Virus record (IMG/VR): IMGVR_UViG_3300031631_000002
Span: 1 to 61,221 of that record
From: a virus
Taxonomy: Duplodnaviria; Caudoviricetes
Strand: one strand, 5' to 3'
DNA: 61,221 nt
Made by a program: the position numbers and the translations under genes. Below, one piece after another: positions 11,301 to 19,063 of this stretch (position 1 is the stretch's first letter; every line of letters begins with the position of its first letter). The notes under the pieces are model-generated. The model made no database searches. It saw nothing but the letters and a program-made list of their open reading frames with translations, and was not told where the DNA came from.

Positions 11301-11317
11301 CTGATGAATTCTGACAT
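5384..11317 (-). CDS. Tail tape measure protein (TP901-like core)
   Basis: 1977 aa, Ala/Gly-rich helical; core motif LALLADVGVKGSKAGTALRTSMVRL; C-terminal HARGGVMDRPTVFHVGGEAGSEAIMPL; follows the tail chaperones. Confidence 0.95.
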   Translation of the reverse strand: MSEFISLGIDPSDIRSLKDGYKHIEEIGVKANLTDKQIRSLKKSLEGAIAAMAKITTQDPFKNLAKNTGKAKAAFKELTTETKKYYSEGSKALKDTSFMKTTREAKALLLVEKQLNREIEKQAAVVKELAVVSGQGGAVLRAEARKLRIAEAQTLELEKQLGVIGIKTSAEGKSYAALKKQLAILHETNTLEKGIAATRAAADKAGKDLRTSELRKQVVLLTTTNTLEKGIAATRAAADKAGKDLRSEALKKQIRLLNETNSLEKGLASMRAAADKAGKDLRTAALDKQVRSTKRLTAETKKLTTQQKLLSGVVRGSAASFGKLWLAYGSFATVGAMAATYAAVAGVKALTTSMYDLGAAFEYNSTYAVTLDRLTGGGINIGEFKTELFDVEGVTHNVSELAGGMRELTKAGVDVKSAFIGIADISRLSVIGQIDMAEATKLTVTAMNAFASDGLNLSQVANVIAKTALSSATSIGELGNAYSYTTELSKIANMSFVDVSASLALLADVGVKGSKAGTALRTSMVRLLDPSSKLSKMMHNMNAEFSPFTSGGGLKDYSQLMTELAGIMDDMTDQQKVEVYKELFGLRAMKGGVTVVEDFIKAIGDGSSKFEGLTKSISKAKDETMFLKDMMSETSQTVTRAAEELKVAWEDALINAFDQGADEGLLKTLHELRTVVESPEFGQGLVMVATAMGNIAVAMASIVAAGPGAVTSLRDMDLGEQLGATAILSSIPGGGTIAASLPVWKAVLNWLIPPEDEIAKAKAAQAEVELLAQRVIKMPTSAPSALDSLVMSASTTHSTSGSASDSWALMERESMKGYAKLMADREKHSQYLIAASLEEVNIKRNSSKELTAVYEIEQKVLDATLKNKLISESAYAKQSLAISEAIMQDKQSVAKKELSYLLEVKRIMGGSAKYDSTAGDAAIKAQYDKIKLLNDEVLLTEKLRDINKQGRDLARSKEQSKLLTDLEKDYLNVTKGVSAYAAELERINLIFDKKASKYGDRVDPQAIADLKLIEGYRERAIADSTKLDKLSGDFWRGFGAAVKDSTRDLKTFSEVGYESFGFLKSGIKDSFVAIFKGEFDKIGDIWDATLNSMLDSVIDWAAEAATNFVMEQSIDFLFGEGSAAKMGLGSGPSGNAGDPVHVTMEGGGVGESGGILDVVDGWDKWLDVYDNLADATMADGKIFGDSGVGESITGVFNDDSGGLFSGMTAHETSQAWSDFTDVVSRGIESAVQLDGSVWGDSGAGETITGIFADDSWYEGLTDGMSDTWNSVKETMAPLKATWESVKPYVGAATGAYSVYSGIQQGGVGGALQTAGGVTSLAGNEIVQKLIPALKDYSSAIGVAGAGLGAVGGAYGVYQGLANEDYIGATSSAIQTGLAGATLYAEIAAANIASATVAGGAGGMGVAGGAATAGMSSGTGGVAAGLSSTGVLIPLAMLTAVATSAFEGSKRHDYNTTAYGDFELKDRGETRIQALYGAMEKLSSWVQPNELNSVTERGHGDTFAPWKTSRTSDEYTEKANQYLASMGEEFNYAMANMALAIEPTMASFGNFIASTTGVGLSAEQLSMTMNSALSASFGNTKELEALEASLISLGMSIPDATLAAVGMAGAMGETAEYMTEEQRKVEWQKAPTDVDRSVYGDGIFDSGYVLNFTDLMKGSVVALDEMTSGTKIFGKTALETVTDLEIARLKEIESQKGVVGALSDSTGGVEASFASLASGAADTSMAVIDFSEHISGLYGAVGSLGGSIDGLSNNLNQSGQAVESFKGGLGLVEASFASLASGAADTSMRVMKLDGTFEGLGEVLGETTVVSSEMGYELLRAHQPMVAFGSAASSTAGTFEELEGVLGSLGSGAIGASHDIMSAVSAMGQGIQLPNQEGHTSYNANGAVMSYHARGGVMDRPTVFHVGGEAGSEAIMPLHNGPNTLKLMDDKIDALSDRPVVVNIVGDEGGLKRFIRVEADIHVTDKLQRGQGTQRVVF
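10473..10753 (-). repeat. 108-bp (36-aa) period repeat in the tape measure, three copies
   Basis: TNTLEKGIAATRAAADKAGKDLR twice plus TNSLEKGLASMRAAADKAGKDLR; near-identical DNA begins at 10581 and 10689. Confidence 0.9.
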
Positions 11318-11375
11318 TAGGAGGCCTTTGAATTTGTTATATTGGTATACCTGTGATCAGCGTACTACACAGAAC

Positions 11376-11405
11376 AAAAAAGGCAAGCCTTTTGTAGGCT
11401 TGCCT
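11376..11405 (-). terminator. Intrinsic terminator between tail chaperone and tape measure genes
   Basis: Minus strand AGGCAAGCCT-ACAAA-AGGCTTGCCT followed by a T run. Confidence 0.75.
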
Positions 11406-11775
11406 ATTTCTTAGATCTTGCTTTTGCCGCAGCAACAGCCTTAGCTTCAGCGTATTGAAAGGACAGTGACGAACTCTCTATGTGCTGTACTTTAGTTATC
11501 AATTCCAACCTGTCTTCATCGTAAGGAACTCCATAACAATCTAAGGTTTTATGTATTGCCATGACATTAAGTGAAACTGCTCCGCTCATTGACATTACAT
11601 ACTGCCCTGCCAGTTGAGAGTGTACTTCGAAAGCAGCAGTGTTGTACTCATGTACTCCCGGGAAGCAGGTTATGCACGGTGGATCCTCCATCGTGCGGGA
11701 GTGGGCGTCCCTGCAGTCTCTGCAGGAAAGCCTATTTACCTCGCTGTTAAACTCCCCGAGATCCCTTAGTTTTTT
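11404..11775 (-). CDS. Tail assembly chaperone, -1 frameshift extension (gpGT-like)
   Basis: The -1 frame from slippery A-AAA-AAC (11775-11769) is open (KLRDLGEFNSEVNRLSCRDCRDAHSRT) into track ORF 11404..11691 (MEDPPCITC...). Confidence 0.85.
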   Translation of the reverse strand, partial: KKLRDLGEFNSEVNRLSCRDCRDAHSRTMEDPPCITCFPGVHEYNTAAFEVHSQLAGQYVMSMSGAVSLNVMAIHKTLDCYGVPYDEDRLELITKVQHIESSSLSFQYAEAKAVAAAKARSKK

Positions 11776-12155
11776 GCTACTGCCTCGCCTTGAGACTCGA
11801 TCTTCTCGGCCATTCCTTCCTGCTTCTCTACTACCCAGTCAACGAACTCGTCACTCTCATCAATCATCTTGGCAAGATTGTTACGAGTAAACTTCATTGG
11901 CTCACTGTCTGAATTTGTAAAGCCAGACCACTTCTTCACGCAAGCAAATACGATGTCACGGTTTTTCTTTGTGAGGTTGAATGAGATCTCAGATCTCATA
12001 TCAGCAGTATCGTGCTGCTTTGCAGAGAGTTGCATTGAGGATTGAGTGATAGTGTTCAGTACGCCAGGCCGCAAGTACTTGATAACTACTTTAGCGTCTG
12101 ATTCTTCAACTTCAAAAGTCTCTTCAATGTCAGCGGTGAGTGTAGGTGTAAACAT
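11766..12155 (-). CDS. Tail assembly chaperone (gpG-like)
   Basis: Lies between tail tube and tape measure genes; ends GCA AAA AAC TAA. Confidence 0.85.
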   Translation of the reverse strand: MFTPTLTADIEETFEVEESDAKVVIKYLRPGVLNTITQSSMQLSAKQHDTADMRSEISFNLTKKNRDIVFACVKKWSGFTNSDSEPMKFTRNNLAKMIDESDEFVDWVVEKQEGMAEKIESQGEAVAKN

Positions 12156-12240
12156 AATGGTGCCTCCTGTGTCGGCGGTTGAATTAATAGTCCGTCACCA
12201 TACCAACCGCCACCGGAGGGTATGGATCAGGACTGAAAAG

Positions 12241-12291
12241 ATGATAGCATAGAAAATAACAATTGACAAGCACTAGTAGTGGATGTATAAA
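12241..12291. promoter_or_regulatory. Back-to-back sigma70 promoters with overlapping -35 boxes
   Basis: Plus: TTGACA(12263)-17-TATAAA(12286). Minus: TTGTCA(12269-12264)-17-TATCAT(12246-12241) with a TGn extension. Confidence 0.75.
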
Positions 12292-12313
12292 GAGGTTAAA
12301 GGAGGTGATTCAA

Positions 12314-12484
12314 ATGAGAAAGACTCTATACCTAGAAAGAGAGCATGATGATTGGGTTAGTGGTGAGATGAAAAAATCAGGTAGATCTTACCCGGCTGTT
12401 ATAAGAAGGTTAATAGAGAAGGAGATTGAAAAAGATGAGGTACTTAATAATATTTTACCTGCTAACAGTGACAGGCTGCGCTAA
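12314..12484 (+). CDS. Ribbon-helix-helix (CopG/Arc-like) regulator
   Basis: MRKTLYL strand, then helices ending GRSYPAVIRRLIEKE; RBS AAGGAGGTGA. Confidence 0.7.
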   Translation: MRKTLYLEREHDDWVSGEMKKSGRSYPAVIRRLIEKEIEKDEVLNNILPANSDRLR

Positions 12485-12659
12485 GCAATACTCAGACACA
12501 CAGTGTTTAGAGATGCAACCTAGAGTAGACACAGTTCAGAAGGTATTATGGTTTAACACACATTGCAAGGCTCACAAGATGGTTGGAAAGAGAAACGTAA
12601 AGTACATAAAAGTAAAGCGAGTAGGTGGAAGGTCCTCTACTTACAGGGTGAGTTGGTAA
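12435..12659 (+). CDS. Small predicted lipoprotein
   Basis: MRYLIIFYLLTVTG-C: basic N-terminus, hydrophobic core, lipobox-like VTGC. Confidence 0.6.
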   Translation: MRYLIIFYLLTVTGCAKQYSDTQCLEMQPRVDTVQKVLWFNTHCKAHKMVGKRNVKYIKVKRVGGRSSTYRVSW

Positions 12660-12672
12660 TGGGAGCTAAATT

Positions 12673-13275
12673 ATGCATATAACAGAGTTTGAAAAATCAG
12701 AAGCGTACTTAACCGAGGAGAAGTTAGGTGACATCCTCATCACACTCTACCCAAGTAATGAATTCATACACAATAGGGTGGTGCCAAACTCTGGGCTAAA
12801 GAACAGGCCTGACTACAGATGCGACGATTTAATGCTGATAGTGGAGTTTGATGGTCACTACCACTTCACCAGCCCTAAGACCATACTAGCAGACGTTAAG
12901 AAGGATGTTGTTTACGCATCTATGGGGTACAAGATAATTAGGGTGCCATACTTCATACAGATAAACCGCTGGTCCGCAGGCCTGTTCTTTGACAGCAACT
13001 ATTGTGACAAACTTAAGGTGGAGGACTTCCCTCATGGCTTTATCACTCTAAATTCAGTGTTACCAGCAAGTTACTGTTCCATGGGTGTTGTATTGTTCGA
13101 GAAGTGGTGGGGTACTTTATGTCTGGCTGAGATGGGAGAATTCGTTACAGAAAGAAACATATGGTTGCAGGTTGTACACTACGGCAGGGACCCGGCAGAG
13201 GTGTTTCCATTGTCATTCATTGAAAATAATAAAGAAGTGATGAAAGCGGTAATAGAGTACGGGTACCCGACCTAG
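12673..13275 (+). CDS. DUF559/Vsr-like PD-(D/E)xK endonuclease
   Basis: RPDY...LIVEFDGHYHF...D..KD......GYKIIRVPY motif. Confidence 0.8.
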   Translation: MHITEFEKSEAYLTEEKLGDILITLYPSNEFIHNRVVPNSGLKNRPDYRCDDLMLIVEFDGHYHFTSPKTILADVKKDVVYASMGYKIIRVPYFIQINRWSAGLFFDSNYCDKLKVEDFPHGFITLNSVLPASYCSMGVVLFEKWWGTLCLAEMGEFVTERNIWLQVVHYGRDPAEVFPLSFIENNKEVMKAVIEYGYPT

Positions 13276-13287
13276 TAATAAGTAGGT

Positions 13288-13314
13288 GTGCCCGTGACAA
13301 AGTGTCACGGGCAC
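13288..13314. terminator. GC-rich hairpin between convergent genes
   Basis: GTGCCCGTGACA-AAG-TGTCACGGGCAC, perfect 12-bp stem; no clear T tract. Confidence 0.65.
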
Positions 13315-13335
13315 TGGGAGAGGAGAGATGGTACT

Positions 13336-14085
13336 TTATACGCAGGTAGTGGCAGAAGTGTCAAATGCCATCGCCTCACCGCTGGAGATTTTGGTGGTTG
13401 CAATACCAGAGAAATCAGGTACAGATGCTTCGTCGCCGACTGCCTGTTCGAAAGTCAGCTGACCAGCAACTACTGCACTGATCTTTAGTACAAGTGGATC
13501 AAGACCACCAACATAATCAGCGTAACAGACCTGACCTACAGTAAAACCATTTTCAATAAACAGAGATGCTGAATCAGTACAAGTTGCACCAGTACCAGTA
13601 TCAGCAACAAAAGTAAGATCAGTTCCTCCGCGATGGTTTTCGAATATTGTAGACTGACCTGCGGGTGCGATGTCGAGTGTGAAACTGTAGGCTTCAGACT
13701 TAGTGGCAGTAGGGGCAGACATTGTCCCTATCTGCATGTAACCTCCAGGATTACTTATCAAATCTAAACAACAAAATGAGCAGTTGTCCAGATAGAACCT
13801 CATATCAGTGACTTTGGTTGCATTAAGCGCCCACTTACGGAAAGCTGCCTGAGTTGGATCCTTCAGGGTAAAATTACCCCCACAGCTTACGGTATCATAA
13901 GTAAGTCCGGAGGACACCTGAATATCAACAGGCACACCAAACTCCGAAATGATAGTCATTGAGCTCGTCCAACCAACTGGAAGAGTCATGCTATTCAGAC
14001 CACGTACAAGAACTTCATCAGACTTACCAGCATAGATCATCAGCTTGGATGCCTGGGCTACTACAAAATTTCCTTCCTGAGCCAT
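13336..14085 (-). CDS. Major tail (tube) protein
   Basis: Follows the tail terminator gene; start moved to MAQEGNF behind AGGAG; beta-rich. Confidence 0.75.
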   Translation of the reverse strand: MAQEGNFVVAQASKLMIYAGKSDEVLVRGLNSMTLPVGWTSSMTIISEFGVPVDIQVSSGLTYDTVSCGGNFTLKDPTQAAFRKWALNATKVTDMRFYLDNCSFCCLDLISNPGGYMQIGTMSAPTATKSEAYSFTLDIAPAGQSTIFENHRGGTDLTFVADTGTGATCTDSASLFIENGFTVGQVCYADYVGGLDPLVLKISAVVAGQLTFEQAVGDEASVPDFSGIATTKISSGEAMAFDTSATTCV

Positions 14086-14096
14086 AATAATATCTC

Positions 14097-14501
14097 CTAA
14101 AATTTGAATGGGAGGAGTATCGTGTTGACAGTCCACCCTTTAAAGTCTTTATCGGACAGCGGCCTTGGAGATCCATACAAGACACCGTTAACAGTATTAA
14201 TTGCTAAGGTGTCTACGAAGTCCTCGAACTCACTTGTCTCTTTCATTCCAGAATACTCTCTTGTCCATAAAGATATATCTAGGAACTTGTCTGTGATGAA
14301 TTCCCTCAAACCCATACCAGCTTGTTCTTTACCTATACCAGTTATATTCAAAAGAATAAACGAATTTTCTTTACTTTCCAGATCTGGTTCTTTTTCTCTT
14401 GGGTAGATAACGTCGTGAGCTAGAGTGTAGTTACTTTCAAAATAAGCTACAACCTCTTGTCTTGCTTCCTCAACAGTTAGTCCACCAATAAGACAACTCA
14501 T
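14097..14501 (-). CDS. Tail terminator protein (putative)
   Basis: 134 aa; synteny; ends W.VNTILLPFKF. Confidence 0.6.
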   Translation of the reverse strand: MSCLIGGLTVEEARQEVVAYFESNYTLAHDVIYPREKEPDLESKENSFILLNITGIGKEQAGMGLREFITDKFLDISLWTREYSGMKETSEFEDFVDTLAINTVNGVLYGSPRPLSDKDFKGWTVNTILLPFKF

Positions 14502-15031
14502 TATATCATACCTCCAGTACTGGTGCCGTACAGCCAGCCACTCCTATTCCAGTGGATCTTCTCTTTAGCTGTGGCTAGGGCTCTTCCCGGGGCGTTTACG
14601 TCCCTTAGTTTTACTCCTGCTTCTGCAGTTCTCCAGTGTGGGGCATTTATGTACTTAATTTCAACTCTGTCACTCATACTAAAAGCAGGATCTGTAGCAA
14701 AATTATTGAACCATCTGTTGTAAGTTGACGCTATTCCAATGGCGTATTCGTCACCTTTCTGCTTGATTCCGCCGTAAGACTTACCTAGTTCGTGCCAATT
14801 GTTGTGGGCCTCCTCTAGATCAGTAGCTACTCCGTCTCCTATACCGTTGACCTGAATTCTCAAGTTAGATACAAGATAACCAGAATATTGTGGGGTCTCG
14901 TAAGCTGCTACGGTGTAGGCGTTTATAACCTCTTCACGCAGTACTTCCTTAACGCGCTTATCAGATATTTTACTTTTCGCTATCCTCAAGTGCCGCATAA
15001 GGCCAGGCATATCAAAAGAGAAATTTGCCAT
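14501..15031 (-). CDS. Neck / tail-completion protein (HK97 gp10-like)
   Basis: TPQYSGYLVSN resembles the TPVDTGxL motif; synteny. Confidence 0.6.
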   Translation of the reverse strand: MANFSFDMPGLMRHLRIAKSKISDKRVKEVLREEVINAYTVAAYETPQYSGYLVSNLRIQVNGIGDGVATDLEEAHNNWHELGKSYGGIKQKGDEYAIGIASTYNRWFNNFATDPAFSMSDRVEIKYINAPHWRTAEAGVKLRDVNAPGRALATAKEKIHWNRSGWLYGTSTGGMI

Positions 15032-15034
15032 GGT

Positions 15035-15847
15035 TTAACTCCTCCGGCAGTGCAAAACATTTACTGCACCGTCTAAGTACTTATGTACTACGCTAAATAC
15101 TCCTACAGTATCACCTACCTCACACGGATGCAGTGTGTTTACTGTGTAGTCTCCATCCTCTATCTTAACGTAGTCCATCCTTGTGTTCTCGAAAGACTTA
15201 AGCCTCTCTTCAACAACACATAGAGAAGAAGTTGTTACATCAGCACTTGTCTCAGTTACAGGGTCGTACAATCCTTTAACTGTTATGTCAAGAGTCTGTA
15301 AGGCAGAAGGGATATTGACTAACTCTGTAACAGCAAACCCAAACTCATCAATGTGGGAGTCTGAACTTGCTCTGTAATAATTTGCGCCGTTTACCAGATA
15401 CGTCCCAGCAGTAACCGGCGCAGATGATGGTAGCATTGCAGTGTATCCACCTAGGTAATCAGATGAATCTGACAGGACCTCTCGTCTGGTATAATGTATT
15501 GTGCCCCACTCAGTAACACCTGCTGAAGAGTCAAGGATCTGCTCTACAGTCTTTACCGCGTAGTTTCCATCCGTTGGTATTATTGGTCGCTTTGTTCTGA
15601 CGACGTAGTCTCTGAAGAAGTCTACAGATTCTTTAGCTGTCAGGAACACCTCACCTGTCTCGACTTGAATTACAACGTCAGGTACTGCGACGTCAGCAGA
15701 TGTTTCTAATATCCTGCGTCTAGAAGTTTCCCCAGATCTAAGACTGTCGTTAAACGGCAACACCTGCCCTGCGAATTCATTCTCACTATTTATATCAGTG
15801 AAGATTGTTTTATTGAATGAGGCTGCTGCTTCTTTAAGCGAAATCAT
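15035..15847 (-). CDS. Head-closure / virion structural protein (putative)
   Basis: Synteny between adaptor and neck genes. Confidence 0.5.
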   Translation of the reverse strand: MISLKEAAASFNKTIFTDINSENEFAGQVLPFNDSLRSGETSRRRILETSADVAVPDVVIQVETGEVFLTAKESVDFFRDYVVRTKRPIIPTDGNYAVKTVEQILDSSAGVTEWGTIHYTRREVLSDSSDYLGGYTAMLPSSAPVTAGTYLVNGANYYRASSDSHIDEFGFAVTELVNIPSALQTLDITVKGLYDPVTETSADVTTSSLCVVEERLKSFENTRMDYVKIEDGDYTVNTLHPCEVGDTVGVFSVVHKYLDGAVNVLHCRRS

Positions 15848-16326
15848 TAGCCTGTTACCGGGTCGTAAGTTGGCTTCACTGCAGTTAAGTACGGGGTTGC
15901 CGCGGCAGCAGTTTGATCACCAATAGACTCAAGATCATCTTTTAACTGTTTGAGTTTCTCTGTTATCGCCTCTATTACAGAGGAATAGGTTGAAGCGTCA
16001 GAAAATCTAGTTAAAGTCACCTTGGAGTCGCTCAGGGTTTTAGGCGCTCTCATACTTAGTGACACGGCAACCTCTAAGGCCACTGAGTAAGTAGAGAACA
16101 GTCTTGTCAGGTTATACGCTGTAGAATCAGCAGACGGGTCCAAAGTCAAAAACACTGTCTTTATAGGATTAAGGGATGCCTCTGCTATATCTATGCCGTC
16201 AAGAGCCAGCTCAAGAGAGTTAGCGTATAACTCCAAGGAGAGCACAGTATCGGGTAATGTGTCAGTTGACATCCCAATAGTACTTCTGACCTCGGCGTAT
16301 GACGTGTAGTCTGCTATATCAATCAT
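15847..16326 (-). CDS. Head-tail adaptor (putative)
   Basis: N-terminal YTSYAEVRSTIG helix typical of adaptors; follows the capsid gene. Confidence 0.6.
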   Translation of the reverse strand: MIDIADYTSYAEVRSTIGMSTDTLPDTVLSLELYANSLELALDGIDIAEASLNPIKTVFLTLDPSADSTAYNLTRLFSTYSVALEVAVSLSMRAPKTLSDSKVTLTRFSDASTYSSVIEAITEKLKQLKDDLESIGDQTAAAATPYLTAVKPTYDPVTG

Positions 16327-16541
16327 TACTTCGCAGGCTTAATAAGGCCTGCTGAGATTTGCGATTTGAGCCAGCTGTCCATTTTACATGGCACAGGCTG
16401 CCCGGGGTTAAACCTTACGTTTTGAAAAGGGTGTACCATAACTGCTATTACGCACAAGAAAAGCTCTGGTTCAGCAACTTTTGGTTTTGGTTCAGCAACT
16501 TTTGGTTTGGTCTTTGCTTGTGTGGTTCTCTTAACAGGCAT
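16326..16541 (-). CDS. Small head-associated protein
   Basis: AGGAG RBS; KPKVAEP duplicated (21-bp repeat). Confidence 0.6.
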   Translation of the reverse strand: MPVKRTTQAKTKPKVAEPKPKVAEPELFLCVIAVMVHPFQNVRFNPGQPVPCKMDSWLKSQISAGLIKPAK

Positions 16542-16581
16542 TGTATATCTCCTCTGTAATGTGTATTTTAGTTTCTACTGA

Positions 16582-16613
16582 CTTAAGCCCTTACTCGAAA
16601 GAGTAAGGGCTTA
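16582..16613. terminator. Terminator hairpin after the capsid gene
   Basis: TTAAGCCCTTACTC-GAAA-GAGTAAGGGCTTAA, perfect 14-bp stem. Confidence 0.8.
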
Positions 16614-16635
16614 ATAACCGCTTTAAACTACTAAC

Positions 16636-17847
16636 TTAAGTAGTTGTCAAGGAAAGCGTATTGAAGGCTTCTGAATAATTTCTGTACAGGAGCATCCCAC
16701 GGTCGAAACGGTAGGAAGTGCTGCGCTTGGTTGGTTCCGCAAGAATCCCCGCGTAATCAACAGCAGAACTGGTTACCTTTGTGAGAGCACTACGAGATTG
16801 AAGTCCCATCATAGTATTAGCAGGCCATCCAGAGTTCTCATCCATAACCACGATTCCAACATCTTCAGCCATTGCTGGATAAAGGATCTTGTACGGTACG
16901 TCAAGGCGATCTGTGGAGTTGTTCATAACATTCGTTGGGCGTCCGTCACGAACCTCAACAGCCTGCACTGCAGCGTAATCAGTTACAATCTTATCAGGAG
17001 TCATGGTGCGAGACTTAGAATAAAAGTACTTATTCCATGCAATCTGACTAACCGTACCATTAGCAGTAATGGTAGCGTCGAGGGTGTCAATCTTTGTCTG
17101 AGCAAGGGCAGCAGTGCCGTCATCCATTGGAGTATTTACACCGTCAGCGGAGCCGTTCAAAATAACAAGCATCTGAGCAATCCACTCATTATAATCGGCT
17201 TGGCGATAAAATTCCGCCATCGTCATGGTGAGTTTATCAATACCCATGAACATAGCCTGGTCGCTTACTTCAAGCATGAAGGCTGATGCTGGGATGGTGC
17301 GCTGAATATCTTTTGAGGTGATAGAGAGGACAACATTAGGCTCAGCGTTCTGGGCTACTCGTCCAAACTCAGCGTCTCGTGGACCGCCTTTTCCGTTAAA
17401 GTTAATTACAGGTTGCTCGATACGGGTTCCTGCTACAGTCTCACGAAATCCTACCAAGGATTCAAAGGCAGAGAGTGCGCCAGTTGTTTCCATTCGCATA
17501 TCGGATTCAACAGCTTCCATAATTGCAGCTGGGAACAGGATACGAGAATCTGGGGTGCCCGGGGCAGAGGTAAAAGTACCGCCAGTCTGATTAGTATCAG
17601 CAGCGATAGGATCAAGAATCTCTTTAAGGGTAGAAGCTGGTTGGCCGGTCTCGGCATCAGCTTTAAACCGCATACCTGCTGATACACACATCTGACGAAA
17701 AGTAGATGGTTGATCAGAGGCAGTAGGGTATTTCTGGTTAACAAGCTGATTGAAGGTGAGCTTCTTCTCAGCTGCTTCTTTGTGCAGGGCGATTCCGTTC
17801 AAGTCAAGCTCGAACTTGTCACCTTTTTTGTCTTTTAAATTAAGCAT
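16636..17847 (-). CDS. Major capsid protein (HK97 fold, putative)
   Basis: 403 aa, after protease/scaffold/decoration genes and followed by a strong hairpin. Confidence 0.85.
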   Translation of the reverse strand: MLNLKDKKGDKFELDLNGIALHKEAAEKKLTFNQLVNQKYPTASDQPSTFRQMCVSAGMRFKADAETGQPASTLKEILDPIAADTNQTGGTFTSAPGTPDSRILFPAAIMEAVESDMRMETTGALSAFESLVGFRETVAGTRIEQPVINFNGKGGPRDAEFGRVAQNAEPNVVLSITSKDIQRTIPASAFMLEVSDQAMFMGIDKLTMTMAEFYRQADYNEWIAQMLVILNGSADGVNTPMDDGTAALAQTKIDTLDATITANGTVSQIAWNKYFYSKSRTMTPDKIVTDYAAVQAVEVRDGRPTNVMNNSTDRLDVPYKILYPAMAEDVGIVVMDENSGWPANTMMGLQSRSALTKVTSSAVDYAGILAEPTKRSTSYRFDRGMLLYRNYSEAFNTLSLTTT

Positions 17848-17862
17848 TATGTCAAGTCTCCT

Positions 17863-18363
17863 TTAATCTTTTGCGATGACAATGTCAACGCCGGTTGTAC
17901 CACCAGTTATGGCTCGCCATACTTGAGTACCAGCTGCAGCATCAGCAATCAAAGCGTTAACAGCCGTAGCTATTTGGGCACCAGTTGCGGCGTCAATAAG
18001 ATCTGCGATTACCGCTTTGGTTGATACTACTCCCCAAGAAGTAGGAGCAGTTCCAGCCGCTGCGTTTGCACCAGCTTCAACAACATCACCTATGGCTACT
18101 GCGCCAGAGGTTGTTACACGGCAGGTGCCTTTTTCAAGGATAGCTGCTACTACCCTGCCGTTTGAGGTTGATGTTTCGATAGAATCGATCCAACCATAAA
18201 TGGCGTCTCCATCTGCGCACAGATCTACTGCATTGGCAGTGGCTGAGAGCTTGACAGGTTTTCCTACGTCGGCATCAGCAGTTGCTGCTGTGAGTCCTAC
18301 CACTTCCCAAGGACGTCTATGCTGGGATGCTCCCCCTTGTGGGGCAATTACTACGTTAGGCAT
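17863..18363 (-). CDS. Capsid decoration / cement protein
   Basis: Ala/Gly/Val-rich (DVGKPVKL...GAVAIGDVVEA), directly before the capsid gene. Confidence 0.7.
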   Translation of the reverse strand: MPNVVIAPQGGASQHRRPWEVVGLTAATADADVGKPVKLSATANAVDLCADGDAIYGWIDSIETSTSNGRVVAAILEKGTCRVTTSGAVAIGDVVEAGANAAAGTAPTSWGVVSTKAVIADLIDAATGAQIATAVNALIADAAAGTQVWRAITGGTTGVDIVIAKD

Positions 18364-18387
18364 CTTGTGCCTCCTTATAAGTTAAGT

Positions 18388-19011
18388 TTACCAGAGCTTA
18401 TTGAAGGCATTAGCCTCAGCACGGGTTTGTGTTGACTTTTTCTCTGACTTGTCCTCTTCAGGAACCACACCACCAACTGGCATAGACTTCTGAAAAGTGT
18501 CTGAGATTGATTCATACTCTTTCATAATAGCCTCAGGTTTCCAATCTGACATATCTACAGCCGTGAGGGACAGCGCGATACGCATTACAGAAATCTGATC
18601 ATTAATTACAGCTACCAAAGGTTTTGCTTCTTCAGCCTTAGCTTCAAGGTCTGATGCCAGCTTAACTACTTTAGCCTCAAGAGATTCAATACTCTCAGCT
18701 GCTGACGCTAGGTCAACTTGAGACTTATCGAAATCTTCTTGGAGTTGAACAAGAGATTCGTCAGTTGCCTTCGTCTCTTCTTCCTCTTCAACTTTCTCAA
18801 CTGGTTTCTCAAGAGATTCCAGTTTAGCCAGAAGCTCTTCAGAAGGTTTCCCTTCAGCAGCTTCGAACTCTCCCATGAGAGCTGTTGCTTCATCGCTAGA
18901 CTCCAAAGCTTCAAGTCTTACAGTGATCGCACCTTTCTCTTCCGGGGCGCTTTCGTTTTTCTTGATTACAAGTGCAGCAAGTGCAGTCTTGTCCAATTTC
19001 TTACCAGGCAT
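18388..19011 (-). CDS. Capsid scaffolding protein (putative)
   Basis: Acidic coiled coil between protease and decoration genes. Confidence 0.7.
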   Translation of the reverse strand: MPGKKLDKTALAALVIKKNESAPEEKGAITVRLEALESSDEATALMGEFEAAEGKPSEELLAKLESLEKPVEKVEEEEETKATDESLVQLQEDFDKSQVDLASAAESIESLEAKVVKLASDLEAKAEEAKPLVAVINDQISVMRIALSLTAVDMSDWKPEAIMKEYESISDTFQKSMPVGGVVPEEDKSEKKSTQTRAEANAFNKLW

Positions 19012-19063
19012 GTTAGGTCCTCCTATTAGCCATTATTCCCAGCTATCGTCTTTGACAGCCTGG

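Noticed and set aside
5424-11414. Plus-strand ORFs antisense to the tape measure, and similar shadow ORFs elsewhere
   Set aside because: Antisense shadows of long genes with no RBS or motifs.
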